64,000 bases of DNA from Nemertoderma westbladi (Eukaryota; Animalia; Xenacoelomorpha), in the NCBI GenBank assembly GCA_032718475.1, contig JAUCBJ010005651.1, forward strand, positions 1 through 64,000, read 5' to 3'. Below the pieces are notes generated by a model that saw only the letters and a list, made by a program, of their open reading frames with translations, was not told the origin of the DNA and ran no database searches. This document shows, piece by piece, positions 1 through 13,249 of this stretch. Each line of letters starts with the position of its first letter. The stretch's first letter is position 1. Made by a program: the position numbers and the translations under genes.

Positions 1-1113
1 TAAGTCTGCCTCCAACACGTATTAACCCATCTATCATGGTACTAGAGAAGCGATCCCTTAAGCGCATCTGTGGATTTCTTAATAACAGGAAATACTTATC
101 GGAATCCTCATAACATTGTAGGAGTCTCAGCATCTGTTTGTTGGTTTCATCATGTTCCTGGTAACTGATCTTCTCCTTTAGAAACCTGTCGGATATCTTG
201 TATTGGGGAAGGTCTTTAACAACATGGACTCGTGCAGATGTTGATGGAGCATCATCACTATGGGTCTTTGTCCCGGAGTAACGATGATGAAAACATCGTT
301 TTAAATAGGTGACGGCTTTGCAGAGCCGATTCCAGGAGCTGTAGTGACATATCGCTCTCTGCAAGAGAGGTGAGAGTCCTTGCGAAATATCTGGTATTCC
401 AGATTTCCAATCCTTGTCACGGATTTCCAAGACTTCTCTAGTCGTGGCGGTGGGTTTCTGATCCAAAGCATCCTCTCCGGAAGTAACTAATACAGATAGA
501 TCAACCGCAGGTTTAAACAACTTCGATTTACTCGCTCGAGTTTTGGGTTTAACTTTCTCCGCTCCCTTGGCCTGTCTGATCTCTGCTGTTGTGAGATGGG
601 GTGGCCATTCTTCTTCTTCTCTGTAGAGAAAGTCAGGTCCACCTAACCATTCAGGAGTATTTACCAATTCCTTTGGAGTCGCTCCTCGGGAAGCGATGTC
701 TGCTGGATTAATCGTTCCGGGGCAATGTCTCCATTGGTCCATCGTCGTGCGACTAAGTATGATGGCTATTCTGTTGGTAACGAAGACGCTGAACTGACAG
801 ACTTCATTGGTTATATACTCTAACACGAGTAAAGCGTCGGTCCAATAGACAGTTTTCTCTAATGGATAGTCAATCTGTTCTGTTACATTCCGGCCGATGG
901 CTGTAGCGTATAGAGCCGCTTTTAACTCCGCTCGAGGAACTTTCAACTTGTTGTTGATTAATGCCTTAGAAGTAACCAAGGCGACTTTGATTCCATCCGG
1001 AGTTTCCACCCTTAGATAGGCTACTATACCTATTCCCATATCGCTGGCGTCTCCAAACACATGGAGTTGATAGGAATACGTAGGGAGAACATGACCAAAA
1101 TATGAACGGGAAA

Positions 1114-4100
1114 TTATAAAATCTTCGATAGCTGGCAGAGAATGGTCATCCAGTACTCCACCGGTTTCTGGTTGAGGTCTCCTTCGGGCCACCACAGAAA
1201 TCGTAGACTATCTCGATCCCTATCTAGCACCTTGACTTGTAAGAACATGCCTTCTATATCGGAGGCGAAAGCAATCGAATTTTGTCTCAATCTTAAAAGA
1301 ATTCCCAACAAAGATTGAAGTAAGTTGGGTCCGGGTAACAATTCAGAGTTAAGGGATTGACCCATGTAAAGAGCGGAGCCATCAAACACTACTCTCACTT
1401 CCTGTGGTTTACCGGGTTTAGGAACGTAATGGTGGGTTAAGTAATACGTTCTTTCAGTCACAGGTGTTTCTTCCGGTACTCTCTCCGCGTATCCCTTACT
1501 AATAAATTTTTCCAGCTGTGTTTGATACATTGCTTTAGCTGAAGAATTAGCCGTAAGGCGTCGATGGAGTTGCGCGATTCTTTTTTCCGCCAAAGGTCTG
1601 TTATTGATGAACTTCGGTTCTCTCTTGCGAAAAGGTAAACCGACTTCATACCTGCCTTGATCTTTGAGGAAACGTGTAGTTGTCTCTTGGATCTGCTTGG
1701 CCCTTTCCTCTTCCACCGATAAGGCTTTATCGTAGGAATTGGGCTCTACTGCCTCTTGCGTAAAGAATCGTACAGCATGTTCATCTCGAGTCTTGGCATT
1801 GCAACGCTCAACTGCAACGTCATTTAACTCGTCGTTATAAGCTTCTCGTTCAGATGGATAGAGAAGTTGACATAAGTTCACTTGGTTTTGCCAAGCCTCG
1901 TTTTCCTTAAGGGGATCGATGGTATTCTCCTCATCAAAAAGCTGGTGAACGTCGTCGTTATCTGAGGAGTATGGAGTTCCCTCAGTTAAATCGTCTCCTT
2001 CACTAGTATCATCTTCCCATTCACTCACCTGGTAGACGCGCTCTTGCGGTAGTCTTTCTCTGAGTGTTCTACGGGAAGGGCCAGTAAAGTACCAACCTAC
2101 TCTAGTTCTTACCGCATAGGTCTGTAGTGGCTGCGGTTGAGCAGGCCGTTTCTCTAATGTCTCCAGCGCCTCATGCGCGTTTTGGCCGATGAGTATTTGC
2201 ACTCCAGGATAATCAGTCTGGAATCGAGGTATGTTAAGATGTTGGATGCTCTCATCCTCATCCCAATTATAAAGGTCTGCTTGAGTAGTAGCGAAGTTCT
2301 TTATAGCCACCATTTTCACTGACCTTATGCTATGTTCTCCTAGTTCGTCTTGGGGGGTGGACAACGCTCCTACATAATAATCCGCTGTTATTGTAGATTT
2401 CCAAACTTGCATAATGCCGGACATGTTGAGCTTAGTTTGGAACTTGGGTTGTCCAGCAAATATATCTTCGGCTAGCTCTTTGTCGATGAATGTTCCTGTA
2501 CTACCGGAGTCAAGGAGGGCGTTCACTACATAACTCCTCTTAGGCCCGTGAACCCTTACTTGCACCACAGGAAACTCTCGGATCCCTACATTGGAAGATG
2601 GCTCTTTCCAAGATGGTTGTCGTTCAGAAGTAGTTAGAGTGAAGTCGCTGTCTGTATCTTTTTCATATGTGAGTGCTCGATACACTGTGGTATTTATCAT
2701 GTAACAGGATTCGTTTTCGTCGGAGAACTCGTCTGTATAGAATCCTTCCATCTCAGATTGATCAGTGTCGTTCACATCACTGAATTGGACATGTAGCTCG
2801 GAATCACTTACCTGATTCGGACTATTTCGCTCGAATTCAGCGTGCAACAAGATATGATGTTTCGCACCACACTTTGCACACCTTATGTCAGAGAAACAGG
2901 TTCGCCGTTGGTGTCCTTGTCTGAGGCAATTATAACATAACCGCTTATCCCACATGACTTCTCGTCTCTCCGATAATGATTTCTTCAGGAATTCATCACA
3001 CATATTCAAACGGTGGGTCCCGTCGCACAGCGCACATTTCGGTTTGATGTTACTTACCTTATTTTGGGTAACATTGTGTACACTTGCTTTTTCTTCGGGC
3101 TTTCTCACCTGAATTCTCTTGGGAGACGTAGGAGGAGTTTTTCTTACCTGTTCTCTCCTGTCATTTGTTCGAGACTTGAATTTACTTACCTGATCTTTAG
3201 GCATTTTATTCACGTAATAAGATCTATCAGTGTCCTTCCCGCTATCTTCTCCTTGAGAAGTCTGGCTTTCGCCGTCGTCCGTATAACACACTGGTGTTAC
3301 CTTTCTCCTAGAGATGGGTTTTTCACTTACCTTGTTTTCCGGTGTCTTCTCTCTGGACAGTTTTAGGAGCTGTAATTTCACTTCTCCATCTAGGAATGAC
3401 ATGAGATCAGCCATGGTAGGGTCTCTTCGTTGTTGTTCCATCATATATAACACTTTCTTATCCCAGCGTGTGCCTACCCCACCTTTCGGTAAAGTAGAAG
3501 CCACAGCTCCAATGACCATAGAACTTTGGTATTCATGAGACTTACCTAACCAATCTAATTGTCTACAGATCTCTTGAATCTCATCGGAAAACTCTATTAT
3601 CCCACTGCTGATGAACTTTCTGGGCGCTACTAATTTTGCATATAAATACTTAGCGATATTATTCCTATTACCATACCTGATGTTTAGTGTGTCCCAAACT
3701 TGTCTTAATCCGTCTGGATGTCCAATAAACTTTAACGCCATTGACTTGGGAGATCCTTCCAAGCACTCTATGAGGAATCTAAGTTTCTCTCCATTAGATA
3801 GTACAGAGTTCTGTATGTTATCTTTGTAATATTCATTAAAAGGTAACCATTTCATCTCATCTCCATTGAACTTGACGATCTCTCCCACCTTTACCGCTTG
3901 CCGGGCTTCGGTTCTAGCCATTTGGCGCGTAAAACTTTCTTGGGCCATCGTGTTATTTAATATCGAGTTATCGGTATATAAATTTCTCGGATTATGATCA
4001 GGTCTATAGGGAATGTCATTATCAACAGGTCTATAATTACCCTTAATAGGGTTCACTATAGGAGTTTCTACTTCGCTAGCAGTATATATGCGTGTAGGCT

Positions 4101-4146
4101 CCACACCTTGCGCATGAGATACTTCAGACCTAACAGGCTGACACAT
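1114..4146 (-). pseudogene. gag-protease-partial RT of the BEL/Pao element, truncated by an internal deletion in RT
   Basis: After PVEYWMT the sequence jumps out of frame into the pre-RNase H region (LPAIEDFIISRSYF..LHVFGDAS). The YxDD-containing RT core is absent. Confidence 0.85.
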
Positions 4147-4199
4147 TGTTACCGAGGGTGGTGGTATACCCCTTTGTGTATTTACTAATTTATCGCGTT

Positions 4200-6281
4200 C
4201 TAGCTGCTTTGCTGCACTTCTTGCAACTCTAGCCTACTTTCCCTTACTGTGCCCTTGAATTGCTGGACAGTCTCCTGCATCTGCCCGAGCAGGAGATCCA
4301 TCCCCCGCCGTCTCTCGTCCACCCATTCGACCGCCGAAGCGGGAGTCGCCAACGTTGTAGCGAGCGGACGAGGGACAACGGGCGACAAATCAGGAATATT
4401 TCGCTCGGGGTCCAGGACCTGAACTGTCTCCTGGGCAGTTCTACGGGGCACAGGTAGCTTAGTGCTATGCAGAGGGAATTTAGAGGCAGTTTCAGGGAGC
4501 ACAGGTGTGTCTATCACCGAAGGGGTGATTTCAAGAACAGGCCTAATTATTTCAGGCTCATCTACTATAGTAGGGAGTCTTTCTATTTTAATTATTTGGT
4601 CTGTGAGCTCTGTACTACCTAAGTTGGTGTTATTTAGTTGCCTTCTAACAGCTGGAGGCAAATCAGGCAATTTCTGACGGTGGAATGTTCTTTTACGTCT
4701 ACTTAGACGAGATCTATTTCCCTTGCCTTCAGTATCGGTGGTATCGCCTTCCTCAGATGATGTATATCCCTGTCTTTTGGGAGTAGATCGATTCATCATC
4801 TGCATATTACTAGCTGTTAACTGTTTATTTATGCAGTCTTGATTCTCCTGAATGTTTTCCAATTCTAATTGGGTGGTTTCTTCAGTCGCTCTCCGTTCTG
4901 CTTCTGCCACTGCCTCTGCCGCTTTTCTTTCCGCTTCGGCCGCTGCCATTGCCGCCTTTCTTTCTGCTTCTGCCGCCTTTGCCTCTGCCGCTGCCTTTGC
5001 CGCTGCCGCTGCCGCTTTTCTTTCAGCTTCGGCCGCTTTTGCCTCTGCCGCTGCCTCTGCCGCTGCTGCTTTTCTTTCTGCTTCTGCAGCTACCACTGCT
5101 GCTTTCTTTCTGTCTTCTATGCGTTTTTTCTTTACTTGTTCTTCTTGGACTCATGTCAGGCGGAGTTGTTCATCAAATTTAGCCTGATTCGCAGCCCTCA
5201 TTTCCACATCGATGGCATCCAACACAAGCTTGGTTCCTTCACTATTAGGGCTAAGTCCCTCTAACCTTCTCCTCAACTCGTCATCACCTAAAAAACGTTG
5301 ATAGTCTGACAGATAGATGTCAATGGCATCCCTCTTATGCGGTTTCTCTGCCGTCGCTTCACTTTCCTCTTGGGAAAAAGTAGCGTCTGTTGATTCTCCA
5401 TGGGTTGAGCGCTCCTCCAGCTGAGCTTTCCACTGAGCTGTTCCTTGAACCTGGAGACTCACCCTTTGAAACCAAGTCTTTACGGCAACTTGCAACGACG
5501 TGTCTTGCCTTCGTTTAGAAGCCTCCTCAAAGGCCGATAATATTAGCCTGATTCGTAGAATTCTTTCTCTAACTTGATAAAGCAGTTGTCTCTGCTCTTG
5601 AGGTCCTTGTGGTTGTTGAAACAGTTGTCCTTTTACTCGCTCCATAGAGCTGAAGAATCCCTGTGCGTATCCGGCTGCGGACCTCTTCCACACAGCTGGA
5701 TCGATGGTTTCCTTGGCTACTCCCATCCGGTGTATGTCTTCCCAGGCAGCTTCTGATAAATCAAACGGGAGTCCGGGTCCGGGGAAGTTCCATTGCGACT
5801 CGACCATGGACTTCAGTTCTTCCCTTGTGTATCCAGCATAACTATCTCTAGTTGAACGCTGGCTTCTCGCCCAATCGATCTGGTGTTCTTCCACAGCGAT
5901 CAATAACCTAGTGAGTAAGGCTGCAGGAAGGATGAGAAGGGGATCCGAATAAACCGCATCCATCATCTTTGCTCCGCGTTCTGGTGTCAGTTCTACAGTA
6001 TCCTCACTACTGGAGCTGTTGGGCCGTTGAGAAGTAAGTTCTTGGCTCGCGGGTTGTTGCTGTTCCGCTGCTTCTTGGTCCCGCTTGACCTGAGCTCGAG
6101 TGCCTATGATAGACCTACGATGTTGGACCAGCCTAGGTTCTTTTATTACTACTGGAGGGATGACCTTCCTCACAGTGGGAGGTGAACTGAACTTACGACT
6201 AGACGGTTCTACGCCTCTATCTGAGTCGCAGATAGTTACATCTAATAAACTGTCTGACAGGTTCTGTTTAGTATCAGACAT
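4200..6281 (-). pseudogene. N-terminal part of the BEL/Pao polyprotein, including an Ala/Glu/Lys/Arg helical repeat
   Basis: ORFs 5151..6281 and 4200..5096 are in the same frame and separated by one TGA. The frame of the 1010-aa ORF is open upstream of its ATG to ~4210. Confidence 0.7.
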
Positions 6282-7592
6282 GTTTATGTGTAAAGTTGAA
6301 TGTCTACTGCTGTATTACAGTCTGAGCAAGTCTAGTAACTCAGTATTAACTGATAGCCTAGTAATTAATTACCGGTACTGCTACTCAGTGTAGCGTGATA
6401 TATATAATATATTAGAATACCGGTATGCTTATAGTATATATAACTATTATTACAGACTAGGTTTATCACAGAATACCGGTATAATTTTAGCACAAATATA
6501 TATAAATATATAATAGGCCTATCGGAATACCGGTATACAGCTTACAGTTTGTAGTATATATAATTCTGGACTAGAATTAATTACAAGTACCGGTATAATT
6601 TCAGCCTAAGTTTATAGAAATAAAGATAATAAGCCTATTGTAAATACCGGTATATCAATTATTTTAAATAACTGAATTTCTGAATTTCAAGGGTTACTTG
6701 GTTACTTTACTTACTTTATTACCGTTATTTGAGCAGTAATCCAACTTATATTGAGACCTAATGGTTGTATGGTAGGCCTACTATTTATAAATCGTTAGAT
6801 TTGATTTATAATATATATATACCCGTTTTAATGGGTTTTGTCAATGTTTGAAATAAATGTTATTATTTCTGGGGAGTAATCACTACACAAAGCGGTGCGC
6901 TTTCCGTGAAGTGTTACTTATAGGACACTAAAACAAATAATGCTAATTTACCTAAGTTACTTAATACTACAAATTACGTACAATTCGGGTGAGATTACAA
7001 TCTCTAAATAAACACAAAAATTTACAAAAACACAAAATACGAATTTTTAGGGTAATTTTACAAGAAGTCTACAAACCAGCCTAACAAAGGGTTAGAAATC
7101 TGGTTATTACAACGGACAGGGTACTGCGGTATTTGAAAATAATACGTAGTAGTAAATACACTGCGTTGTCCAGATAGGAAAATACCACCGCCTGACGACC
7201 TATAGCCGTATCGCTATAGGTTCTACGTTATGTATCACGGAGTGTTCCTACCTAGAAGTTAATAGAGCTAATCGAACGTGCCTATCAACCACTTTACAAC
7301 ACAAATATAATGCCTACACTAATTACTCTCGGAAAGCACTGTACACTAAACCCTAAATTAGGTACGAGTACTTGTACAACAGATAATCAGTAGTTAAATA
7401 TACTTGAACAGCTAAAAGAACCACGGCATCTGCTGGAGTGACCAGTGTACAAAATCACCAGTCTTTACCTACGCCAAGCAGCCCGTGTAGTACCGGGGTT
7501 AATTTAACTATAGCGGTATGTATAACAAACACAATTACTGTAGGAACAAACTTGGGGAATGAATGTTGCGAATAATCGCATAAACTCTGGTT

Positions 7593-8170
7593 AATAAATA
7601 TTACGCTACGCGTACAAACCACTCAAACAAAATGCAGACCAAATACCGACAGACTACCATCAAGCCTAAATAAACTACAGGACATGCAGACTCCGAAATG
7701 ATTAGGTAGTATGCGTTCTAACCCAGTAGTACGACTTATTCTTTAGTTGGGGGTTTACCTTACAGCATTCGCTGCCCCTACTTCCTAACCATTCTTTATC
7801 GGACAAGTGATCTACACACGCTGCAATCCGTTCAGACCTAACAACAGCCAGACAACTATCCAGCCTACAAATTATCTAAATAAATATTATACGCTACCCG
7901 TACAGACTTACACAAACAAAGTACAGACTAAACGATGGCAGACTACTCTCAAGCCTAAATAAACTACAGGACATGCAGACTCCGAAATGATTAGGTAGTA
8001 TGCGTTCTAACCCAGTAGTACGACTTATTCTTTAGTTGGGGGTTTACCTTACAGCATTCGCTGCCCCTACTTCCTAACCGTTCTTTATCGGACAGGTGAT
8101 CTACACACACTGCAATCCGTTCAGACTTAACAGCAATCAGACAACAGCTCAGCCTACAAATTGTCTGTAC
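7593..8170. repeat. Tandem duplication, period ~289 bp, in the presumed retroelement 5' leader
   Basis: CAAGCCTAAATAAACTACAGGACATGCAGACTCCG... occurs at 7661 and 7950 with a near-identical ~170-bp core. Confidence 0.9.
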
Positions 8171-8342
8171 AATCCGATCAGGCTTACACGCCTTCTGTTC
8201 AATACTGGCCTACAAATAAATAAAACTGACAGAAATAGGCCTAAGTAAAATCCCAATAAAAACCAGGCGTCCCCGATTAATTATTAAGACCTACCGGCTT
8301 ATATTAATCAAAATCGAATAATACTGCTGTACCTGTACTGTA

Positions 8343-8463
8343 AGTACCGGTTCGGACAGTTGGGCCTACGGACGTACAGAAGTACCGGTTCTGGCAGTTG
8401 GACCTACGGGCCTACAGCAGTACCGGTTCTGGCAGTTGGGCCTACTGACCTACAGATGTACCG
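8343..8463. repeat. Three copies of a ~38-bp repeat
   Basis: AGTACCGGTTC(T/G)G(G/A)CAGTTGG(G/A)CCTAC repeated three times. Confidence 0.85.
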
Positions 8464-9930
8464 TTCAGGTTTACCGGTTGACCGGTACTCCCAACTTTAT
8501 TGCTTACTGCAATAAAGAAGCAATATCCGTTATTGTTCGCGCTTTCAGACCTTTGGCAGTTTAACCCGCCAAATTATGATGTCTTCTAGATAATAAATCA
8601 CCTTTAGCCTATGACAAGTATTTAATTCACTACACTAGTCGAAACCAATCTGTGCGCGATCATTCACCCGCTGGATATACCCGGGAGATTGGGTTCGACG
8701 GCTTAATCTTATTGCTATGTAAGCCTAATGTATTATTCGACTGACAGTATTATATAATCTCTGACAATATTATTCACCTTCGGGGAATATTAACAGTTCC
8801 TTTAGGACGTGGCGCTCTATCTATATAAATAGAGTTATGACTTAAACTACTCACAACGATATGGCTTAGTTATAATTCACATATATGGCGCATTCTTTAG
8901 GAAATGCTTCGTTATCAGTCTCACTCATACACAATGCTGCACAATACTGCACACTGATCTGCCGATCTTCACTGATTTTAGTTATATATAAAAGGAACAC
9001 GGACTGACTCATGTAGGGTCTATCAAATAACATTAGATTCACTTCAAACCACTTTAACATAAGTCACAATCGTTATATGTAACCTTTCTCTCTTACCTTC
9101 GGTATATCAAGAATATTGGGTTTCGGGGTTATTTATCGTTATTCCAAATATAATAATTCATCAACCATATTATGAAGAACTGACAGTAAATAGCAGTATA
9201 ACAATATAAAAGTATGCACAGTGATTCAGTGTGTGTTAAGTTTGATTGTTTGGTTCATTAGTTTGCCAGTTTGATTTGATAACGGATATATGTCCTTATA
9301 ATTAAGCCTACTAGTGTTCGACTAAAGCAGAAAAGCACAAAATATTTCCAAGCCGTTCTCTCCTGGCTTAGGAAAGAAAGACCAACAACACTGAAAACTG
9401 ATAAGAATAACCTTATTTACAAAGGCTTCCACCCAACACAGAGAAAGAGCATACAGATAGGAAAATTCAGTTCAGTAGATCTGTGATAGGCCGAAATCAA
9501 AATCAACTCAAATCTTATTGGCAGATACTTTCTCAAGATGGTTGGACAATCAAACGTAGCCCAGATCCCTGCGCACAGCAAATCAGCCAATCAGCCGGTA
9601 GCTTGCACTATTCGAGTTATAGATCCCTTTTGAGAGTATTCTAGCGCCTGGGGGGAACTGGTTAGCAAGGCAAACGAATCAGTTATCCCACAAAAGCTTT
9701 TACAAACTGCCTATTATAATTTATTTATAAACTTCCAGTTTTGGGGTGATTGTTAGAAAACCCTAATAAAAAACTAAAAAATTTAACACTAAAGCCAGCA
9801 CTATTTTTGGATTCTCTATATTTCAGAAAGTCTGAATTTCTTAATTAATAATGGGAGGTATTAAAGAAGGAATTAATTAAGTATTCATTAAGGAGGTATT
9901 AAATTTTACGGCTTATTTAAAGAACACGAT

Positions 9931-10577
9931 ATGTACAGTACCTACAACTACAACTACATGTACATGTACAGTACCTACAACTACAACTACATGTACAGTA
10001 CCTACAACTACAACTACATGTACATGTACAGTACCTACAACTACAACTACTGTACATGTACATGTACAGTACCTACAACTACAACTACATGTACATGTAC
10101 AGTACCTACAACTACAACTACATGTACATGTACAGTACCTACAACTACAACTACATGTACATGTACAGTACCTACAACTACAACTACTGTACATGTACAT
10201 GTACAGTACCTACAACTACATGTACATGTACAGTACCTACAACTACAACTACATGTACATGTACAGTACCTACAACTACAACTACATGTACATGTACAGT
10301 ACCTACAACTACAACTACATGTACATGTACAGTACCTACAACTACAACTACTGTACATGTACATGTACAGTACCTACAACTACAACTACATGTACATGTA
10401 AAGTACCTACAACTACAACTACTGTACATGTACATGTACAGTACCTACAACTACATGTACATGTACAGTACCTACAACTACAACTACTGTACATGTACAT
10501 GTACAGTACCTACAACTACAACTACATGTACATGTACAGTACCTACAACTACAACTACATGTACGTACATGTACAAC
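9931..10577. repeat. Compound micro/minisatellite (~33-bp unit built from TACATG, TACAGTACC, TACAAC)
   Basis: Read directly from the sequence; the ORFs here are repeat artefacts. Confidence 0.97.
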
Positions 10578-10853
10578 CTGACTGGCGAAATATATAAATA
10601 TAAACTAATGAGAAACCAGCCTTCTTTCAAATAGTAACTGCACTCGGTCCCTGCATTTACTTATGTGATGTTTCAAAGTTGCCGGCGCTAAGACGTGCCC
10701 TTGAGTTGAACGGACACCCCTCCAAATTCATACGATATGGCTGTGCGATATGTTTCATGCGATATGGCTGTGCACTCTACTCTAAGTAGGGTGGGTGGTC
10801 CAAAAAAACTTTTGTAGAATTTTAACTCATTTCGCCCATTTTCAATTCATTCA

Positions 10854-12270
10854 TTTGTTCCTCAGTCAGTTTACCCGCGGCCCTAACCTTTGTTCCTCAG
10901 TCAGTTTACCCTCTTCCCTAACTTTTGTTCCTCAGTCAGTTTACCCGCTGCCCTAACTTTTGTTCCTCAGTAAGTTTACCCGCTGCCCTAACTTTTGTTC
11001 CTCAGTCAGTTGACCCACGGCCCTAACCTTGTTCCTCAGTCAGTTTACCCTCTGCCCTAACTTTTGTTCCTCAGTCAGTTGACCCGCGGCCCTAACCTTG
11101 TTCCTCAGTCAGTTTACCCTCTGCCCTAACCTTTGTTCCTCAGTCAGTTTACCCGCTGTCCTAATTCTTGTTCCTCAGTCAGTTTACCCGCTGCCCTAAC
11201 TTTTGTTCCTCAGTGAGTTTACCTGCTTCCCTAACTTTTGTTCCTCAGTCAGTTTACCCGCTGCCCTAACTTTTGTTCCTCAGTCAGTTTACCCGCTGCC
11301 CTAACCTTTGTTCCTCAGTCAGTTTACCCTCTGCCCTAACCTTTGTTCCTCAGTCAGTTTACCCGCTGCCCTAACTTTTGTTCCTCAGTCAGTTTACACG
11401 CTGCCCTTTTGTTCCTCAGTCAGTTTACCCGCTGCTCTAACTTTTGTTGTTCCTCAGTCAGTTTACCCTCTGCCCTAACCTTTGTTCCTAAGTCAGTTTA
11501 CCCTCTGCCCTAACTTTTGTTCCTCAGTCAATTTACCCTCTGCCCTAACCTTTGTTCCTCAGTCAGTTTACCCGCTGCCTTCACTTTTGTTCCTCAGTAA
11601 GTTTACCCTCTGCCCTAACCTTTGTTCCTCAGTCAGTTTACCCGCTGCCCTAACTTTTGTTCCTCAGTCAGTTTACCCGCTGCCCTAACTTTTGTTCCTC
11701 AGTAAGTTTACCCGCTGCCCTAACTTTTGTTCCTCAGTCAGTTTACCCTCTGCCCTAACCTTTGTTCCTCAGTCAGTTTACCCGCTGCCTTCACTTTTGT
11801 TCCTCAGTCAATTTACCCTCTGCCCTAACCTTTGTTCCTCAGTCAGTTTACCCGCTGCCTTCACTTTTGTTCCTCAGTAATTTACCCTCTGCCCTAACCT
11901 TTGTTCCTCAGTCAGTTTACCAGCTGCCCTAACCTTTGTTCCTCAGTCAGTTTACCCGCTGCTCTAACCTTTGTTCCTCAGTCAGTTTACCCGCGGTCCT
12001 AACCTTGTTCCTCAGTCAGTTTACCCTCTGCCCTAACCTTTGTTCCTCAGTCAGTTTACCCGCTGCCCTCACTTTTGTTCCTAAGTCAGTTTAGCCGCTG
12101 CCCTAACCTTTGTTCCTCAGTCAGTTTACCCGCTGCCCTAAACTTTGTTCCTCAGTCAGTTTACCCGCTGTTCTAACTTTTGTTCCTCAGTCAGTTTACC
12201 AGCTGCCTACTAGTTTAACCGTGCGGTCCTAACCTTTTTGTTCCTCAGTTAGTTTAACCGCGGTCCTAAC
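10854..12270. repeat. 35-bp minisatellite, ~40 copies (TTGTTCCTCAGTCAGTTTACCCGCTGCCCTAACTT)
   Basis: Period 35 (CTCAG at 10861 and 10896). Confidence 0.97.
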
Positions 12271-13249
12271 AACAATTAATTACTTCGCGGCCTACAAACA
12301 AACCTACAACACAATAATCTCAGCGCAACATCATAGACAATACAAAAATTAATCTATGCAAATAAATCCCTAAAACAGCAATAAATAATATACTGTAGTA
12401 TATAAAACTATGAGATGTAAATAAACGTACATATTGATAATACTGTATAATACCAAAATAATACATAAACCGACCGACACATTCCGAAACACCAAAAATA
12501 TAAATTAATACAAAAGGATATAAAATACTATAAATCAGGATCATCATCCCAGAATTAGCACCCGCAGAGCGTGTCCAAAGCAAAAACCCACGGTAAACTT
12601 ACCTCTTCAATGTCACTGTTTAAGTTATTGTATTTATACCACAACACGTTAACCGAATATGGGAGATATGGTCGCTTTGATAGATATTTTTTCGGACATT
12701 TCAAATATCCCCTTTAGAGTCAATTTGCTTCGGCTAATTGACAATATATGGGACAAACTTGAACTTACTGTAGGGCCTACATACTACAGTATGTCCAACA
12801 TTAAATGACTTCCCGTCCCATATTATGAAAATCATAATTTTTGTAACCAAATATGGGACACTAATTTGTTTTAAAGAAATTGTTCCATACATAGTTTCTA
12901 GCACTTCAAATGGGTGCAATGATTCGTAAATATATAGTTACTATAATATGATTGTAATAATTTATCCAAATATTTACCACTGCTTAAGTGCATGTCACAT
13001 TAAACTAGGTGTTTCAAGAAACAGTCACATATTTTGGTGAATGAGGGTACAACAACACAAATCCACTACTCACAATTCCCAAAACGGTACTTAATGCAAA
13101 TGTGATATGTCTATCTTATCACAGACAAACAGAATCACTAAAGTACGAACTGTACTAAATACGAATTTATGTACGAATTGATGTATTGTACTGTAGGTAA
13201 GTACCGTTCGGTAGGTCAGTAGGTCTACCTCTGCTCTGATAATAGGAAA

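Larger units (their letters stand above)
1..6281 (-). mobile_element. BEL/Pao-type LTR retrotransposon coding region, defective; continues beyond the window's left edge
   Basis: The ORF 1114..4146 has a Pao gag (KFNGDEMKWLPF..EKLRFL), three Cys/His knuckles, an aspartic protease (ALLDSGSTGTFI) and the RT N-terminus (VRVVFDGSA..SLNSELLPGPNLL..DIEGMFLQV). Another frame below ~1140 reads Pao RNase H (LHVFGDAS, VPRAEL, YWTD, WRHCPGTINPADIASRG). The upstream ORFs join it via an in-frame TGA (5151) and a 1-nt frameshift (~4205). Confidence 0.93.

Noticed and set aside
8500-9900. 5' LTR and PBS of the BEL/Pao element
   Set aside because: No convincing tRNA-complementary PBS, and the second LTR is outside the window, so boundaries cannot be supported.
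9913-11880. ORFs such as MYMYSTYNYN, TCTCTVPTTT and LTFVPQSV
   Set aside because: They are translations of tandem repeats.
10854-12270. Hammerhead core in the 35-bp repeat (CTGAGGA on the minus strand)
   Set aside because: No GAAA box or supporting helices.
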